A stretch of 32,000 bases of DNA, taken from positions 1,200,001 to 1,232,000 of the forward strand of contig NC_014034.1 of assembly GCF_000021865.1 (NCBI RefSeq). Direction: 5' to 3'. Positions 14,443 through 24,297 of this stretch are shown here, in pieces. The translations under genes were made by a program, and so were the position numbers. Each line of letters begins with the position of its first letter. Position 1 is the stretch's first letter. The notes under the pieces were generated by a model. That model saw nothing but the letters and a program-made list of their open reading frames with translations. It was not told the origin of the DNA and searched no databases. Origin of the DNA: Rhodobacter capsulatus SB 1003. GTDB lineage: Bacteria > Pseudomonadota > Alphaproteobacteria > Rhodobacterales > Rhodobacteraceae.

Positions 14443-17277
14443 ATGAGCTTCACCCCCACCGATTACGACCCTTACGATTTCGCCAACCGCCGCCACATCG
14501 GGCCAAGCCCGTCCGAGATGGCGGAGATGCTCAAGGTGGTGGGGGTGCCCAGCCTCGACGCGCTGATCGACGAGACGGTGCCGCGGGCGATCCGTCAGGC
14601 GGCGCCGCTTTCGTGGCCGCCGATGACGGAACACGAGCTGCACGACAAGCTGCGCGAGGTGCAGAAAAAGAACGCCGTGATGACCTCGCTGATCGGGCAG
14701 GGCTATTACGGCACCGCGACGCCGCCCGCGATCCAGCGCAACGTGCTGGAAAACCCGGCCTGGTATACCGCCTACACGCCCTATCAGCCGGAAATCGCGC
14801 AAGGCCGGCTGGAGGCGCTGCTGAACTATCAGACCATGGTCGCCGATCTGACTGGCCTGCCGGTGGCGAATGCCTCGCTGCTCGATGAATCGACCGCCGC
14901 CGCCGAGGCGATGATGATGGCCGAACGCTCCGCCAAGTCGAAGGCGCGGGCGTTTTTCGTGGACCTGAACCTGCATCCGCAGACGGTGGCGGTGCTCGAA
15001 ACCCGGGCCGCGCCCTTCGGGATCGAGATCGTCAAGGGCCAGCCCGACGAGCTCGTGCCCGATGCGGTTTTCGGGGCGATTTTTCAGTATCCGGGCACCT
15101 ATGGCCATGTCCGCGACTTCACCGATTACATCGCGATGCTGCATGAAGCGGGGGCGATTGCGGTGGTGGCAACGGATTTGCTGGCGCTTTGTCTGCTCAA
15201 GGAACCGGGGGCGATGGGCGCCGATATCGCCGTGGGCTCGGCGCAGCGCTTTGGCGTGCCGATGGGCTTTGGCGGTCCGCATGCCGCCTTCATGTCCTGC
15301 CGCGATTCCTTGAAACGCACGATGCCGGGGCGGATCGTCGGGGTGTCGATCGACGCGCGCGGCAACAAGGCCTATCGGCTGTCGTTGCAGACGCGCGAGC
15401 AGCATATCCGCCGCGAGAAAGCCACCTCGAACGTCTGCACCGCGCAGGCGCTTCTGGCGGTGATCGCCAGTTTCTACGCCGTTTTCCACGGGCCGAAGGG
15501 GCTGCGCGCGATTGCCGAGCGGGTGCATCTGAACGCGGTCCGCGTGCGCGATGCGCTGGTCGCCGCCGGGGCCGATGTGGCGCCGCAGGCGTTTTTCGAC
15601 ACGATCACCGTGCGGGTGGGCGTGGGGCAGCAGGGCATCATGGCCGCCGCGCGTCAGCACGGGATCAACCTGCGCAAGGTGGGCGAGGGGCGCGTCGGCA
15701 TCTCGATTGACGAGCTGACCGATGAAGACGTGCTGGTGCGGCTTTTGGACAGTTTCGGCATCAAGACCGTGCCGCCGATGGGGCAAACCCTTGGCTTCCC
15801 GGCGGAAATGCTGCGTGAAACCGATTATCTGACGCATCCGGTCTTTCACATGAACCGCGCCGAGTCGGAGATGATGCGCTACATGCGCCGTCTGTCCGAC
15901 CGCGATCTGGCGCTGGATCGGGCGATGATCCCGCTTGGCTCCTGCACGATGAAGCTCAATGCGGCGGCGGAAATGGCGCCGCTCACCTGGCACCGCTACA
16001 ACTCGCTGCACCCCTTCGTTCCGGCCGATCAGGCGGGCGGCTATGCCGAGATGATCGAGGATCTGACGGCGAAGCTGTGCGAAATCACCGGCTATGACGC
16101 GTTTTCGATGCAGCCCAATTCCGGCGCGCAGGGCGAATATGCCGGGCTGATGACGATTGCCGCCTATCACCGTGCCCGCGGTGACGCGCAACGCGATATC
16201 TGTCTGATCCCGGTTTCGGCGCATGGCACCAACCCGGCCTCGGCGGCGATGGCGGGGATGAAGGTGGTCGTGGTCAAATCCGCGCCGAATGGCGATGTGG
16301 ATCTGGAAGATTTCGCCGACAAGGCGGCGCAGGCGGGCGACCGGCTGGCGGCCTGCATGATCACTTATCCCTCGACCCATGGCGTGTTCGAGGAAACGGT
16401 GAAGGAAATCTGCGCCATCACCCATCGCCATGGCGGGCAGGTCTATATGGACGGCGCGAACATGAACGCGCTCGTGGGGCTGGTGAAGCCGGGCGAATGC
16501 GGCTCGGACGTGAGCCACCTCAACCTGCACAAGACCTTTGCCATTCCGCATGGCGGCGGCGGTCCCGGCATGGGGCCGATTGGCGTCAAGGCGCATCTGG
16601 CGCCCTATCTGCCCGGCCATGTGGAGACCGACGGCAAACCCGGGGCGGTGTCTGCCGCGCCCTATGGATCGGCGTCGATCCTTTTGATTTCCTGGGCCTA
16701 TTGTCTGATGATGGGGGGCGAGGGGCTGGCGCAGGCGACCCGCGTGGCGATCTTGAACGCGAACTACATCGCGGCGCGGCTGAAGTCCGAATACCCGATC
16801 CTTTTCATGGGCAACCGTGGCCGGGTGGCACATGAATGCATCCTCGACACCCGGCCCTTTGCCGAAGTGGGCGTGACTGTGGATGACATCGCCAAGCGGT
16901 TGATCGACAACGGTTTCCATGCGCCGACGATGAGCTGGCCGGTGGCAGGGACGCTGATGGTGGAACCCACGGAAAGCGAGACCAAGGCCGAGATCGACCG
17001 TTTCATCACCGCGATGCTGGCCATTCGGGAAGAGGTCCGCGACGTGGCCGAGGGGCGGATCGCGGCCGAGGACAGCCCGCTGCATCACGCGCCCCACACG
17101 GTCGAGGATCTGGTGGCGGGTTGGGACCGGAAATACTCGCGCGAGCAGGGCTGTTTTCCGCCCGGCGCTTTCCGCGTCGACAAATATTGGCCGCCGGTGG
17201 GGCGGGTCGACAACGTCTATGGCGACCGCAATCTGGTCTGCACCTGCCCGCCGGTGGCGGACTGGGCGGCGGAGTAA
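14443..17277 (+). CDS. gcvP: Glycine dehydrogenase (decarboxylating), P protein
   Basis: 944 aa, single-chain GcvP. PLP-lysine region [22 protein letters not shown]. Confidence 0.95.
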   Translation: MSFTPTDYDPYDFANRRHIGPSPSEMAEMLKVVGVPSLDALIDETVPRAIRQAAPLSWPPMTEHELHDKLREVQKKNAVMTSLIGQGYYGTATPPAIQRNVLENPAWYTAYTPYQPEIAQGRLEALLNYQTMVADLTGLPVANASLLDESTAAAEAMMMAERSAKSKARAFFVDLNLHPQTVAVLETRAAPFGIEIVKGQPDELVPDAVFGAIFQYPGTYGHVRDFTDYIAMLHEAGAIAVVATDLLALCLLKEPGAMGADIAVGSAQRFGVPMGFGGPHAAFMSCRDSLKRTMPGRIVGVSIDARGNKAYRLSLQTREQHIRREKATSNVCTAQALLAVIASFYAVFHGPKGLRAIAERVHLNAVRVRDALVAAGADVAPQAFFDTITVRVGVGQQGIMAAARQHGINLRKVGEGRVGISIDELTDEDVLVRLLDSFGIKTVPPMGQTLGFPAEMLRETDYLTHPVFHMNRAESEMMRYMRRLSDRDLALDRAMIPLGSCTMKLNAAAEMAPLTWHRYNSLHPFVPADQAGGYAEMIEDLTAKLCEITGYDAFSMQPNSGAQGEYAGLMTIAAYHRARGDAQRDICLIPVSAHGTNPASAAMAGMKVVVVKSAPNGDVDLEDFADKAAQAGDRLAACMITYPSTHGVFEETVKEICAITHRHGGQVYMDGANMNALVGLVKPGECGSDVSHLNLHKTFAIPHGGGGPGMGPIGVKAHLAPYLPGHVETDGKPGAVSAAPYGSASILLISWAYCLMMGGEGLAQATRVAILNANYIAARLKSEYPILFMGNRGRVAHECILDTRPFAEVGVTVDDIAKRLIDNGFHAPTMSWPVAGTLMVEPTESETKAEIDRFITAMLAIREEVRDVAEGRIAAEDSPLHHAPHTVEDLVAGWDRKYSREQGCFPPGAFRVDKYWPPVGRVDNVYGDRNLVCTCPPVADWAAE

Positions 17278-17457
17278 CGGCGTTTGGCCGAGGCCATCGC
17301 CTCGGCCTTGCGCAGGGTTTCCGAGTATCCGGCCGCGGCCCAAAGGCCGTCGGCCAGCGCCCGCCCCGCCCTCGGCGGGCGCTTCTCGCCCGCCGGGACG
17401 GGCGCCGGCCTCTGTTCGGGCTTGGGGCAAACGGTCTTGGGGCGGCGTTGCACTGAC

Positions 17458-17492
17458 GGGCGGGGAAAGGCAGTGCCTTTCCTGATCCGCCC
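17458..17492. terminator. Hairpin between convergent gcvP and KAS III genes
   Basis: Inner arms GGAAAGGCA (17464-17472) and TGCCTTTCC (17474-17482). Outer arms GGGCGG (17458-17463) and CCGCCC (17487-17492). No clear T-run on either side. Confidence 0.4.
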
Positions 17493-17504
17493 GAACCGGC
17501 CGTT

Positions 17505-18623
17505 TCAGAACCGCTCCACGATCACCGAACCGACCGAATAGCCCGCGCCGAAGGAGCAGATCAGCCCCCTATCGCCCGGTTTCAGGTCGTCGGAAAACCG
17601 GTCAAAGGCGATGATCGACCCGGCAGAGGAGGTATTGGCGAATTCCTGCAGGATGTTGGGCTGTTCCCCGGGCACCGGATCGCGCCCCAGCACCTTGCGG
17701 CCGATGAAATCATTCATCGTCTTGTTCGCCTGATGCAGCCAGAGCCGCTTCAGACTGCTTGCCGCCACGCCCTCGGCCTCCAGATGATGCAGGATATGCG
17801 CCGAGACCAGCGGCAGCACTTCCTTGAAGACCTTGCGGCCCTCCTGCATGAATTGCATGTCGCGCCGATCCGCCAGCCCGTCGGGCCGGGTGCGGCGCAA
17901 AAAGCCGTTGTTGTTGCGGATGTTGTTCGAAAACTCGGTCGCGCATTTCACCGAGCGGATGGCGAAGCCCTGCGCGGCATCCACCTGCCGCTCGATCAGC
18001 GTGGCCGTCGCCACATCGCCGAAGATGAAATGGCAATCGCGGTCGCGCCATTCCAGATGCCCCGAGGTGATTTCCGGGTTCACCACCAGCGCCCGCCGCA
18101 CCGAGCCCGCGCGGATCATGTCGGCGGCCGCCTGAATCCCGAAAGTGGCCGAGGAACAGGCGACGTTCATGTCGAAGGCAAAGCCACCCGCGCCCAGAAG
18201 CTTTTGAATTTCAATCGCAATGGCCGGATAGGCGCGTTCCATGTTCGAGGCGGCACAGATCACCAGATCGACCTCTGCCCCGGTGCGCCCGGCCTTGGCC
18301 AGCGCCTTTTGACAGGCATCGACGGCCATTTCCGCCATGATCCCGGGCTCGTCATCGGAGCGCTGGCGCAGCGCCGGATACATCCGGTCGGGATCCAGAA
18401 CGCCTTTGCGGTCCATCACATAGCGGCTCTCGATCCCCGAGGCTTTCAGGATGAATTCCGACGAGGAATGCTCCATCGGGCTGATCTCGCCTTCGGCGAT
18501 CTGATCCGAATGCGCGGCGTTGAAACGGTCGGCATAGGCGTTGAACGCGGCTACAAGGTCGTCGTTCGAAATCGCATCGGGCGGCACGAAGACGCCGGTT
18601 GCGGTGATGGCTGGCTGATACAT
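17505..18623 (-). CDS. Beta-ketoacyl-ACP synthase III family protein (long FabH-like form)
   Basis: 372 aa. Active-site Cys in NVACSSATFG, His in WLHQANKTMN, Asn in FANTSSAGS. GGGGGAG RBS. Confidence 0.85.
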   Translation of the reverse strand: MYQPAITATGVFVPPDAISNDDLVAAFNAYADRFNAAHSDQIAEGEISPMEHSSSEFILKASGIESRYVMDRKGVLDPDRMYPALRQRSDDEPGIMAEMAVDACQKALAKAGRTGAEVDLVICAASNMERAYPAIAIEIQKLLGAGGFAFDMNVACSSATFGIQAAADMIRAGSVRRALVVNPEITSGHLEWRDRDCHFIFGDVATATLIERQVDAAQGFAIRSVKCATEFSNNIRNNNGFLRRTRPDGLADRRDMQFMQEGRKVFKEVLPLVSAHILHHLEAEGVAASSLKRLWLHQANKTMNDFIGRKVLGRDPVPGEQPNILQEFANTSSAGSIIAFDRFSDDLKPGDRGLICSFGAGYSVGSVIVERF

Positions 18624-18680
18624 GAAGGCTCCCCCAGGGTCGGGGCCAAATTCCGCCGGGCCGCGGCTGTCGTCAAGCCT

Positions 18681-19622
18681 TCATAAAGCGTTTGGCAGCG
18701 GCGTGCCGTCACGGAAGGCGCGCAGATTTTCCACCGCCATCAGCCCCATCGCATCGCGGACCTCCTCGGTCGCGGTGCCCAGATGCGGAAGCAGCGTGAC
18801 GTTTTCAAGCGCGATCAGGGCCGGGGGGACGTGGGGCTCGTGTTCATAGACATCCAGCCCGGCGCCGCCGATCCGGCCCGCCTGCAGCGCCGCGATCAGC
18901 GCGGCCTCGTCCACCACATCGCCGCGCGCGACATTGATCAGATGGGCGTGGGGCGCCATCAGCGCCAGTTCCGCCGCGCCGATAAGGTGATGCGTCTCGG
19001 GTGTTGCGGGCACGGCCAGAACGACGAAATCCGATTGTGCCAGCAGATCGGGCAGGGGCAGGGGGGTGGCCGGGACATCAAGGGTTTTCGGGCTGCGCGA
19101 CGCATAGGCGACCTGCATGCCGAAGCCGAAATGGGCGCGTTTCGCCACCGCCTGACCGATCCGCCCCATGCCGATCACGCCCAGCCGCTTGCCCGTCACA
19201 TGCGCGCCCAGCATCTGCGTCGGCGCCCAGCCGGTCCAGCCGCCCGCGCGCAGCATCCGCTCGCCTTCCGACGCGCGGCGTGCCGACATCAGCAACAGCG
19301 TCATCGCGATATCGGCCGTGGCATCAGTGACGGCGCCGGGGGTGTTCGTCACCGCCAGCCCCGCCGCCTTCGCCGCCGCCAGGTCGATATGGTTCACGCC
19401 GACACCGAAATTCGCCAGCAATTTCGCGCGGATGGGTCCTGTGAAGGCCTCGGCCCGCAAGGCATCGCCCAGGGTCGGCAGGAGCGCATCATAGGTGGCC
19501 AAAGCGTCCCGCGCCTCGGCCAATGTCATCGGCGCGTCACGCTCGCGAAACTCGGCGGCAAATTCGGCGCGCAGGATCGTCTCGATGCGCGGCGTCAGCG
19601 CCCGCGTGACCAGAACCCGCAT
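18681..19622 (-). CDS. D-isomer-specific 2-hydroxyacid dehydrogenase (glyoxylate/hydroxypyruvate reductase-like)
   Basis: 313 aa. NAD fold GVIGMGRIGQAVAKRA, then INVARGDVVDE and LPHLGTAT. The start overlaps the csaA-like stop (ATGA). Confidence 0.85.
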   Translation of the reverse strand: MRVLVTRALTPRIETILRAEFAAEFRERDAPMTLAEARDALATYDALLPTLGDALRAEAFTGPIRAKLLANFGVGVNHIDLAAAKAAGLAVTNTPGAVTDATADIAMTLLLMSARRASEGERMLRAGGWTGWAPTQMLGAHVTGKRLGVIGMGRIGQAVAKRAHFGFGMQVAYASRSPKTLDVPATPLPLPDLLAQSDFVVLAVPATPETHHLIGAAELALMAPHAHLINVARGDVVDEAALIAALQAGRIGGAGLDVYEHEPHVPPALIALENVTLLPHLGTATEEVRDAMGLMAVENLRAFRDGTPLPNAL

Positions 19623-19960
19623 CAGAACATCTTCCCGCCCAAGGGCACGTCCTGCCCCGGGCCGATCAGCACCACGGCGCCATCGGCATCAGGCAGGCCC
19701 AGCACCAAGGCTTCGGAGCGGAACGGCCCGATCTGGCGCGGCGGGAAGTTGACGACGCCCAGAACCTGCCGCCCCATCAGCGTTTCCGGCGTGTAATGCA
19801 CCGTCACCTGCGCCGAGGATTTCTTCACGCCGACCTCGGGGCCGAAATCGACCCAAAGCTTGTAGGCGGGCTTGCGCGCCTCGGGGAAGGGTTGCACGTC
19901 GACGATGCGGCCGACGCGAATATCGACCTTGGCGAAGTCGTCGTAGCTGATCTCGCTCAT
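19622..19960 (-). CDS. csaA: tRNA-binding-domain protein (CsaA-like)
   Basis: 112 aa: FAKVDIRVGRIVDVQPFPEARKPAYKLWVDFG...VNFPPRQIGPFRSE, typical of the OB-fold CsaA/EMAP family. The start overlaps the proC stop. Confidence 0.7.
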   Translation of the reverse strand: MSEISYDDFAKVDIRVGRIVDVQPFPEARKPAYKLWVDFGPEVGVKKSSAQVTVHYTPETLMGRQVLGVVNFPPRQIGPFRSEALVLGLPDADGAVVLIGPGQDVPLGGKMF

Positions 19961-20769
19961 TGGCCCAGTTCCCGCCCGCGGTCCGCCGCGGCCTTGACCG
20001 CGCGCTGCAACAGCCCCGGAAAGCCGGTTTCGGGGTCCATCAGATGGGTGAGCGCCGCCGCCGTCGTGCCGCCCGGAGAGGTGACGTTGACGCGCAGCTG
20101 CGCCGGGCTTTCCGTGGCATCTTCCGCCAGCTGCCCGGCGCCGCCCACCGTCGCCTTGGCCAGTTTCATCGCCAGATCGGCAGGCAGCCCCTCGGCCTCG
20201 CCCGCCGCGGCCAGCGCCTCGATCAGGTGAAAGACATAGGCCGGGCCCGAACCCGAAACCGCCGTGACCGCATCCATCTGATGCTCGCCCTCCAGCCGCA
20301 CCACCTGACCGACGGCAGACAAGAGCCCCTCGGCCAGATCCAGATGCGCCGGGGTCGCCGTCGCATTGCCGCAGATCGCGGTGATGCCGCGGCCGATCGC
20401 GGCGGGCGTGTTCGGCATCGCCCGCACCACCGGCGTCGAAGCCCCCAGAATCGCTGCATATTTCGCAAGCGTCGTGCCCGCGGCCACGGTGACGAAAAGC
20501 GTCTCGCCGCCCCCCATCGCCTGCAGGCCCGGCAGCGCCTCGGCCATCATCTGCGGCTTCACCGCCACCAGAACCACGGCAGGCGCCGCAGGCAGGGCGC
20601 TGTTCAGCGCCACACCGCTGCCCTTCAGCCAGTCGCTTGGAAACGGCTCGACCACATGCACGGATGTCGGCGAAAGCCCCTGCCGCAGCCAGCCCGCAAG
20701 CAGCGCAGAGCCCATCTTGCCGCAGCCCAAAAGCACCAGCCCGCGGGCCTCGATATCGGAAAAATCCAT
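19957..20769 (-). CDS. proC: Pyrroline-5-carboxylate reductase
   Basis: 270 aa. Rossmann N-terminus LVLLGCGKMGSALLAG and C-terminal VTSPGGTTAAAL motif. Confidence 0.9.
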   Translation of the reverse strand: MDFSDIEARGLVLLGCGKMGSALLAGWLRQGLSPTSVHVVEPFPSDWLKGSGVALNSALPAAPAVVLVAVKPQMMAEALPGLQAMGGGETLFVTVAAGTTLAKYAAILGASTPVVRAMPNTPAAIGRGITAICGNATATPAHLDLAEGLLSAVGQVVRLEGEHQMDAVTAVSGSGPAYVFHLIEALAAAGEAEGLPADLAMKLAKATVGGAGQLAEDATESPAQLRVNVTSPGGTTAAALTHLMDPETGFPGLLQRAVKAAADRGRELGQ

Positions 20770-20793
20770 CGCAATCCCCCTTTTGGGGGCAGA

Positions 20794-21327
20794 TTAGGCG
20801 CGGCCGTAAGCCTCGGCAATGGCGACTTTCATCGCCGCCTCGGGCGTGTCATTGCCCCAGGTGGTCAGCTGCATCGCCGGGTAGAAGCGTTCCGACACCG
20901 TCAGCGCCGAGCGGATCATCCGGTCGATCTGCTCATGCGCGGCGATCTGCCCGCCCGCCAGCACCAGCCCATAGCGCCAGACCATCAGCTTTTGCGCCGC
21001 CCAATAGGTGAAGGCCCCGGTCCAGCATTGATCGTTGATCGCATTGAGAAGCTCGAAAAGCGCGCCTTCGCGGTCCTTCGGCGGGTCGATCTCGAAGGTG
21101 GAGATCAGCCGCAGCGTCTCTTCGCTGTCCGACCAGGCCAGCGTGATCGCATAGGACCGCCACTGCCCCTCGACCGTCATCGCGATCTGGTCGTGGGCGA
21201 CGCGGTCAAAGTCCCACTCATAGGCAAGCGCGACGCTTTCGACCACATCGATCGGATGCAGATCGGAGCCGTCCAGGAAATCTTCGCTCAGTGCCATGCG
21301 CGTCCCGTTTGCCTGTGTGCCCATCAA
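20794..21327 (-). CDS. YbjN-domain protein
   Basis: 177 aa, acidic, with PIDVVESVALAYEWDFDRV...MTVEGQWRSYAITLAWSD. It resembles the YbjN family members that I recall lying next to proC in alphaproteobacteria. Start uncertain (21327 or 21297). Confidence 0.6.
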   Translation of the reverse strand: MMGTQANGTRMALSEDFLDGSDLHPIDVVESVALAYEWDFDRVAHDQIAMTVEGQWRSYAITLAWSDSEETLRLISTFEIDPPKDREGALFELLNAINDQCWTGAFTYWAAQKLMVWRYGLVLAGGQIAAHEQIDRMIRSALTVSERFYPAMQLTTWGNDTPEAAMKVAIAEAYGRA

Positions 21328-21556
21328 AGAGCCCCGCTAGGATTCGCCGGGGCCACTATGAGCGGCAGTTTTCCCTGCCGTCCCTACAAGATATCGTGGG
21401 GCCTGCAGACCCCTGTGTAAAGCAGATTATCGTGGATAAGTCGTGAAGCCTGCGGAATCCCGGGGATAATTCCGATGCTTGCGGGGGGCGGGCGGGGCAA
21501 TTCGCGCTTTATCGGCGCGCGGCCTTGGCTTATGGCGGATGCAAACGGAGGGCCCC

Positions 21557-22657
21557 ATGTCGTTCAACAGCTTCGGTCACATCTTCCGCGTCACCACCTG
21601 GGGCGAAAGCCACGGGCCTGCGCTGGGCGCCACGGTCGACGGCTGCCCGCCCGGCATCGCGATTTCCGAAGAATTCATCCAGGTGTTTCTGGACCGCCGC
21701 CGCCCGGGCCAATCGGCGATGACGACGCAGCGGCAGGAACCGGACCGGGTGCGGATCCTGTCCGGCACCTATGAGGGGCGCACGACCGGCACGCCCATTC
21801 AGTTGATGATCGAGAACACCGACCAGCGCTCGAAAGATTACGGCGAGATCGCGCGGCAGTTCCGCCCGGGTCATGCCGACATCACCTATCACCAGAAATA
21901 CGGGCTGCGCGATCCGCGCGGCGGGGGCCGCTCGAGTGCGCGGGAAACCGCGGCGCGGGTGGCGGCGGGTGGCGTCGCGCAGGCGGTGCTGCAGGCGCTG
22001 GTGCCGGGCCTGACGATCACCGGCTACATGGTGCAGATGGGCGAGAAACATCTGAACCGCGCCAATTTCGACGCCGCGGAAATCCTGCGCAACCCGTTCT
22101 TCCTGCCCGATGCTTCGGCCGTGGCGGAGTGGACCGACTATCTCGCCGCGATCCGCAAGGATCAGAATTCGGTCGGTGCCGCGATCGAGGTGGTGGCGAC
22201 GGGCTGCCCCCCTGGTCTGGGGGCGCCGATCTATGCCAAGATGGACAGCGATCTGGCGGCGGCGATGATGACGATCAATGCGGTCAAGGGCGTCGAGATC
22301 GGCGAGGGCATGGCGGCGGCGGCGCTTTTGGGCACCGAGAATGCCGACGAGATCGTGATGGGGCCGAACGGGCCGGACTATCTGAGCAATCACGCGGGCG
22401 GCATTCTGGGCGGCATCACCACCGGGCAACCGATCGTGGTGCGGATGTCGGTCAAGCCGACCTCCTCGATCCTGACGCCGCGCCGCTCGATCAACACGGC
22501 GGGCGAGGCGGTCGAGGTGGTGACGAAGGGCCGTCACGATCCCTGCGTCGGCATCCGCGCCGTGCCGGTGGCCGAGGCGATGATGGCCTGCGTGATCCTT
22601 GATCACCTGCTTTTGGACCGCGCGCAGACCGGCGGGGTCCGCGGCCAGATCGGTTAA
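21557..22657 (+). CDS. aroC: Chorismate synthase
   Basis: 366 aa. [44 protein letters not shown] before ATG 21557. Confidence 0.95.
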   Translation: MSFNSFGHIFRVTTWGESHGPALGATVDGCPPGIAISEEFIQVFLDRRRPGQSAMTTQRQEPDRVRILSGTYEGRTTGTPIQLMIENTDQRSKDYGEIARQFRPGHADITYHQKYGLRDPRGGGRSSARETAARVAAGGVAQAVLQALVPGLTITGYMVQMGEKHLNRANFDAAEILRNPFFLPDASAVAEWTDYLAAIRKDQNSVGAAIEVVATGCPPGLGAPIYAKMDSDLAAAMMTINAVKGVEIGEGMAAAALLGTENADEIVMGPNGPDYLSNHAGGILGGITTGQPIVVRMSVKPTSSILTPRRSINTAGEAVEVVTKGRHDPCVGIRAVPVAEAMMACVILDHLLLDRAQTGGVRGQIG

Positions 22658-22706
22658 CCGATCCAGCCCTCGACCCCGGATCGGCTCAGCCGATCCAACC
22701 CTCGAC
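22648..22706. repeat. 32-bp near-tandem duplication with two related palindromes centred on the convergent stop codons
   Basis: GATCGGTTAACCGATC (22648-22663) is centred on the aroC TAA. GGATCGGCTCAGCCGATCC (22678-22696) is centred on the DUF1330 stop. The 17-mer CCGATCCAGCCCTCGAC (22658-22674) recurs as CCGATCCAACCCTCGAC (22690-22706). Confidence 0.8.
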
Positions 22707-22988
22707 GATGCAGATATCGGCCTCGGAAACCGGCGTGCGCAGTCCCAGCGCATGCTGGTATTCCGGGCTCAGGTAACAGGCGCGCGCGGCGGCGAGGCTG
22801 GGAAATTCGATGACGATGGTGCGCGGGCGCAGATCGCCCTCGACCACCTCCATCGCGCCCCCGCGGACAAGGAAACGCGCCCCGTATTTCGCAAAGGCGG
22901 CGGCATTGGCGGCGCGGTAGGCCTGATAGGCCTGCGGATCCTCCACGGTGACATGGCCGACCCAGTAGCCCTTGGGTGTCTCGCTCAT
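22686..22988 (-). CDS. DUF1330-family protein
   Basis: 100 aa from MSETPKGYWVGHVTVEDPQAYQAYRAA...IVIEFPSLAAARACYLSPEYQ. GGGAGGGGAAG RBS before ATG 22988; the longer track ORF lacks this support. Confidence 0.75.
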   Translation of the reverse strand: MSETPKGYWVGHVTVEDPQAYQAYRAANAAAFAKYGARFLVRGGAMEVVEGDLRPRTIVIEFPSLAAARACYLSPEYQHALGLRTPVSEADICIVEGWIG

Positions 22989-23058
22989 CTTCCCCTCCCG
23001 CTTTCGGTCAGCCTGCGGGGCAGGGGGGGATTTTGCAAGCGTCTTGGCCCGCGACCTT

Positions 23059-23370
23059 TCAGCCCCGCGCGGCTTTCTCGGCAATGCCAGATGTGCCCGC
23101 GCGGCGGTCCAGCTCGGCCAGAACCTCGTCCAGGCTCACGTCGCGCGCGGCCAGCATCACGGTCAGATGGTAAAGCACGTCGGCGGCTTCATAAACAAGG
23201 TTCGCACGGTCGTTCTTCACCGCGGCGATGATCGCCTCGACCGCTTCCTCGCCGAATTTCTCGGCGCATTTTTCCGGGCCCTTGGCGAAAAGCTTCGCGG
23301 TCCAGGAACTTTCGGGATCGGCGCCCTTGCGGGCTTCGACGGTGGCGGCCAGGCGGGACAGGGCGGTCAT
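23059..23370 (-). CDS. hisE: Phosphoribosyl-ATP pyrophosphatase
   Basis: 103 aa: [29 protein letters not shown]...[17 protein letters not shown]. The start overlaps the hisF stop. Confidence 0.9.
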   Translation of the reverse strand: MTALSRLAATVEARKGADPESSWTAKLFAKGPEKCAEKFGEEAVEAIIAAVKNDRANLVYEAADVLYHLTVMLAARDVSLDEVLAELDRRAGTSGIAEKAARG

Positions 23371-24128
23371 GCAAGCCTCATCGGAATGCCGGCGGCGGCC
23401 ATGTGGGCTTTCGCTTCGCCGATCGTGTAGGTGCCGAAATGGAAGATCGAGGCGGCAAGGACCGCCGAGGCATGGCCCTCGGTCACGCCCTCGACGAGGT
23501 GATCGAGCGTGCCGACGCCACCGCTGGCGATCACCGGGATCTTCACCGCATCGGCAATGGCGCGGGTGAGGGGAAGGTTGAACCCGGCCTTGGTGCCGTC
23601 GCGGTCCATCGAGGTGAGCAGGATTTCCCCCGCCCCCTTCGCCTCGACATGCCGGGCAAATTCGACCGCGTCGATGCCGGTCGATTTGCGCCCGCCATGG
23701 GTGAAGATCTCCCACCGCCCCGGTTCGACCGTCTTCGCATCGATGGCGACGACGATGCATTGCGACCCGAAGCGATCGGCGGCTTCGGCCACCACATCGG
23801 GATTGGCGACGGCGGCCGAATTGAAGCTGACCTTGTCGGCCCCCGCCAGAAGCAGCGCACGGACATCCTCCTGCGTGCGCACGCCGCCCCCCACGGTCAG
23901 CGGCATGAAGCATTGCTCGGCGGTGCGGGTCACCAGATCGAACATCGTGCCGCGGTTTTCATGCGTGGCATGGATGTCAAGGAAACACAGCTCGTCCGCG
24001 CCCGCCGCGTCATAGGCCTTGGCGGCCTCGACCGGGTCGCCCGCGTCGATCAGATTGACGAAGTTCACGCCTTTGACCACGCGGCCATCGGCCACGTCGA
24101 GGCAGGGAATGATGCGCGTCTTGAGCAT
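23367..24128 (-). CDS. hisF: Imidazole glycerol phosphate synthase cyclase subunit
   Basis: 253 aa from [23 protein letters not shown], with later ASGGVG. AAGGAG RBS. Confidence 0.95.
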   Translation of the reverse strand: MLKTRIIPCLDVADGRVVKGVNFVNLIDAGDPVEAAKAYDAAGADELCFLDIHATHENRGTMFDLVTRTAEQCFMPLTVGGGVRTQEDVRALLLAGADKVSFNSAAVANPDVVAEAADRFGSQCIVVAIDAKTVEPGRWEIFTHGGRKSTGIDAVEFARHVEAKGAGEILLTSMDRDGTKAGFNLPLTRAIADAVKIPVIASGGVGTLDHLVEGVTEGHASAVLAASIFHFGTYTIGEAKAHMAAAGIPMRLA

Positions 24129-24183
24129 GGGGCACTCCTTTGGCGCCTTTCTAGCGGGCGTCTTGCGGCTTGGAAAGCGTCGA

Positions 24184-24297
24184 GCGGGGCTCTGCCCCGC
24201 ACCCCGGGATATTTGTGGCAAGATGAAACCGAAGCCTCTTCATCTTGCCACAAATATCCCGGGGGGAGTCCCGCAGGGACGGGGGGCAGCGCCCCCC
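24184..24297. repeat. Composite palindromic element in the hisA-hisF spacer
   Basis: Perfect 26-bp inverted repeat CCCCGGGATATTTGTGGCAAGATGAA (24202-24227) and its complement (24239-24264), with an 11-nt loop. Flanked by mini-hairpins GCGGGGC-TCT-GCCCCGC (24184-24200), GTCCC-GCA-GGGAC (24268-24280) and GGGGGGC-AGC-GCCCCCC (24281-24297). Confidence 0.9.

Noticed and set aside
12862-17430. Uninterrupted 1522-aa ORF on the minus strand spanning gcvT, gcvH and gcvP and both spacers
   Set aside because: Its codons occupy exactly the same triplets as the three sense genes: all three start at coordinates congruent to 1 mod 3. A stop in it would need a sense TTA, CTA or TCA codon, and these are nearly absent in this GC3-rich genome. 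The translation is Arg/Gly/His/Pro-rich low complexity, while the plus strand carries unmistakable GcvT/H/P motifs and a glycine riboswitch.
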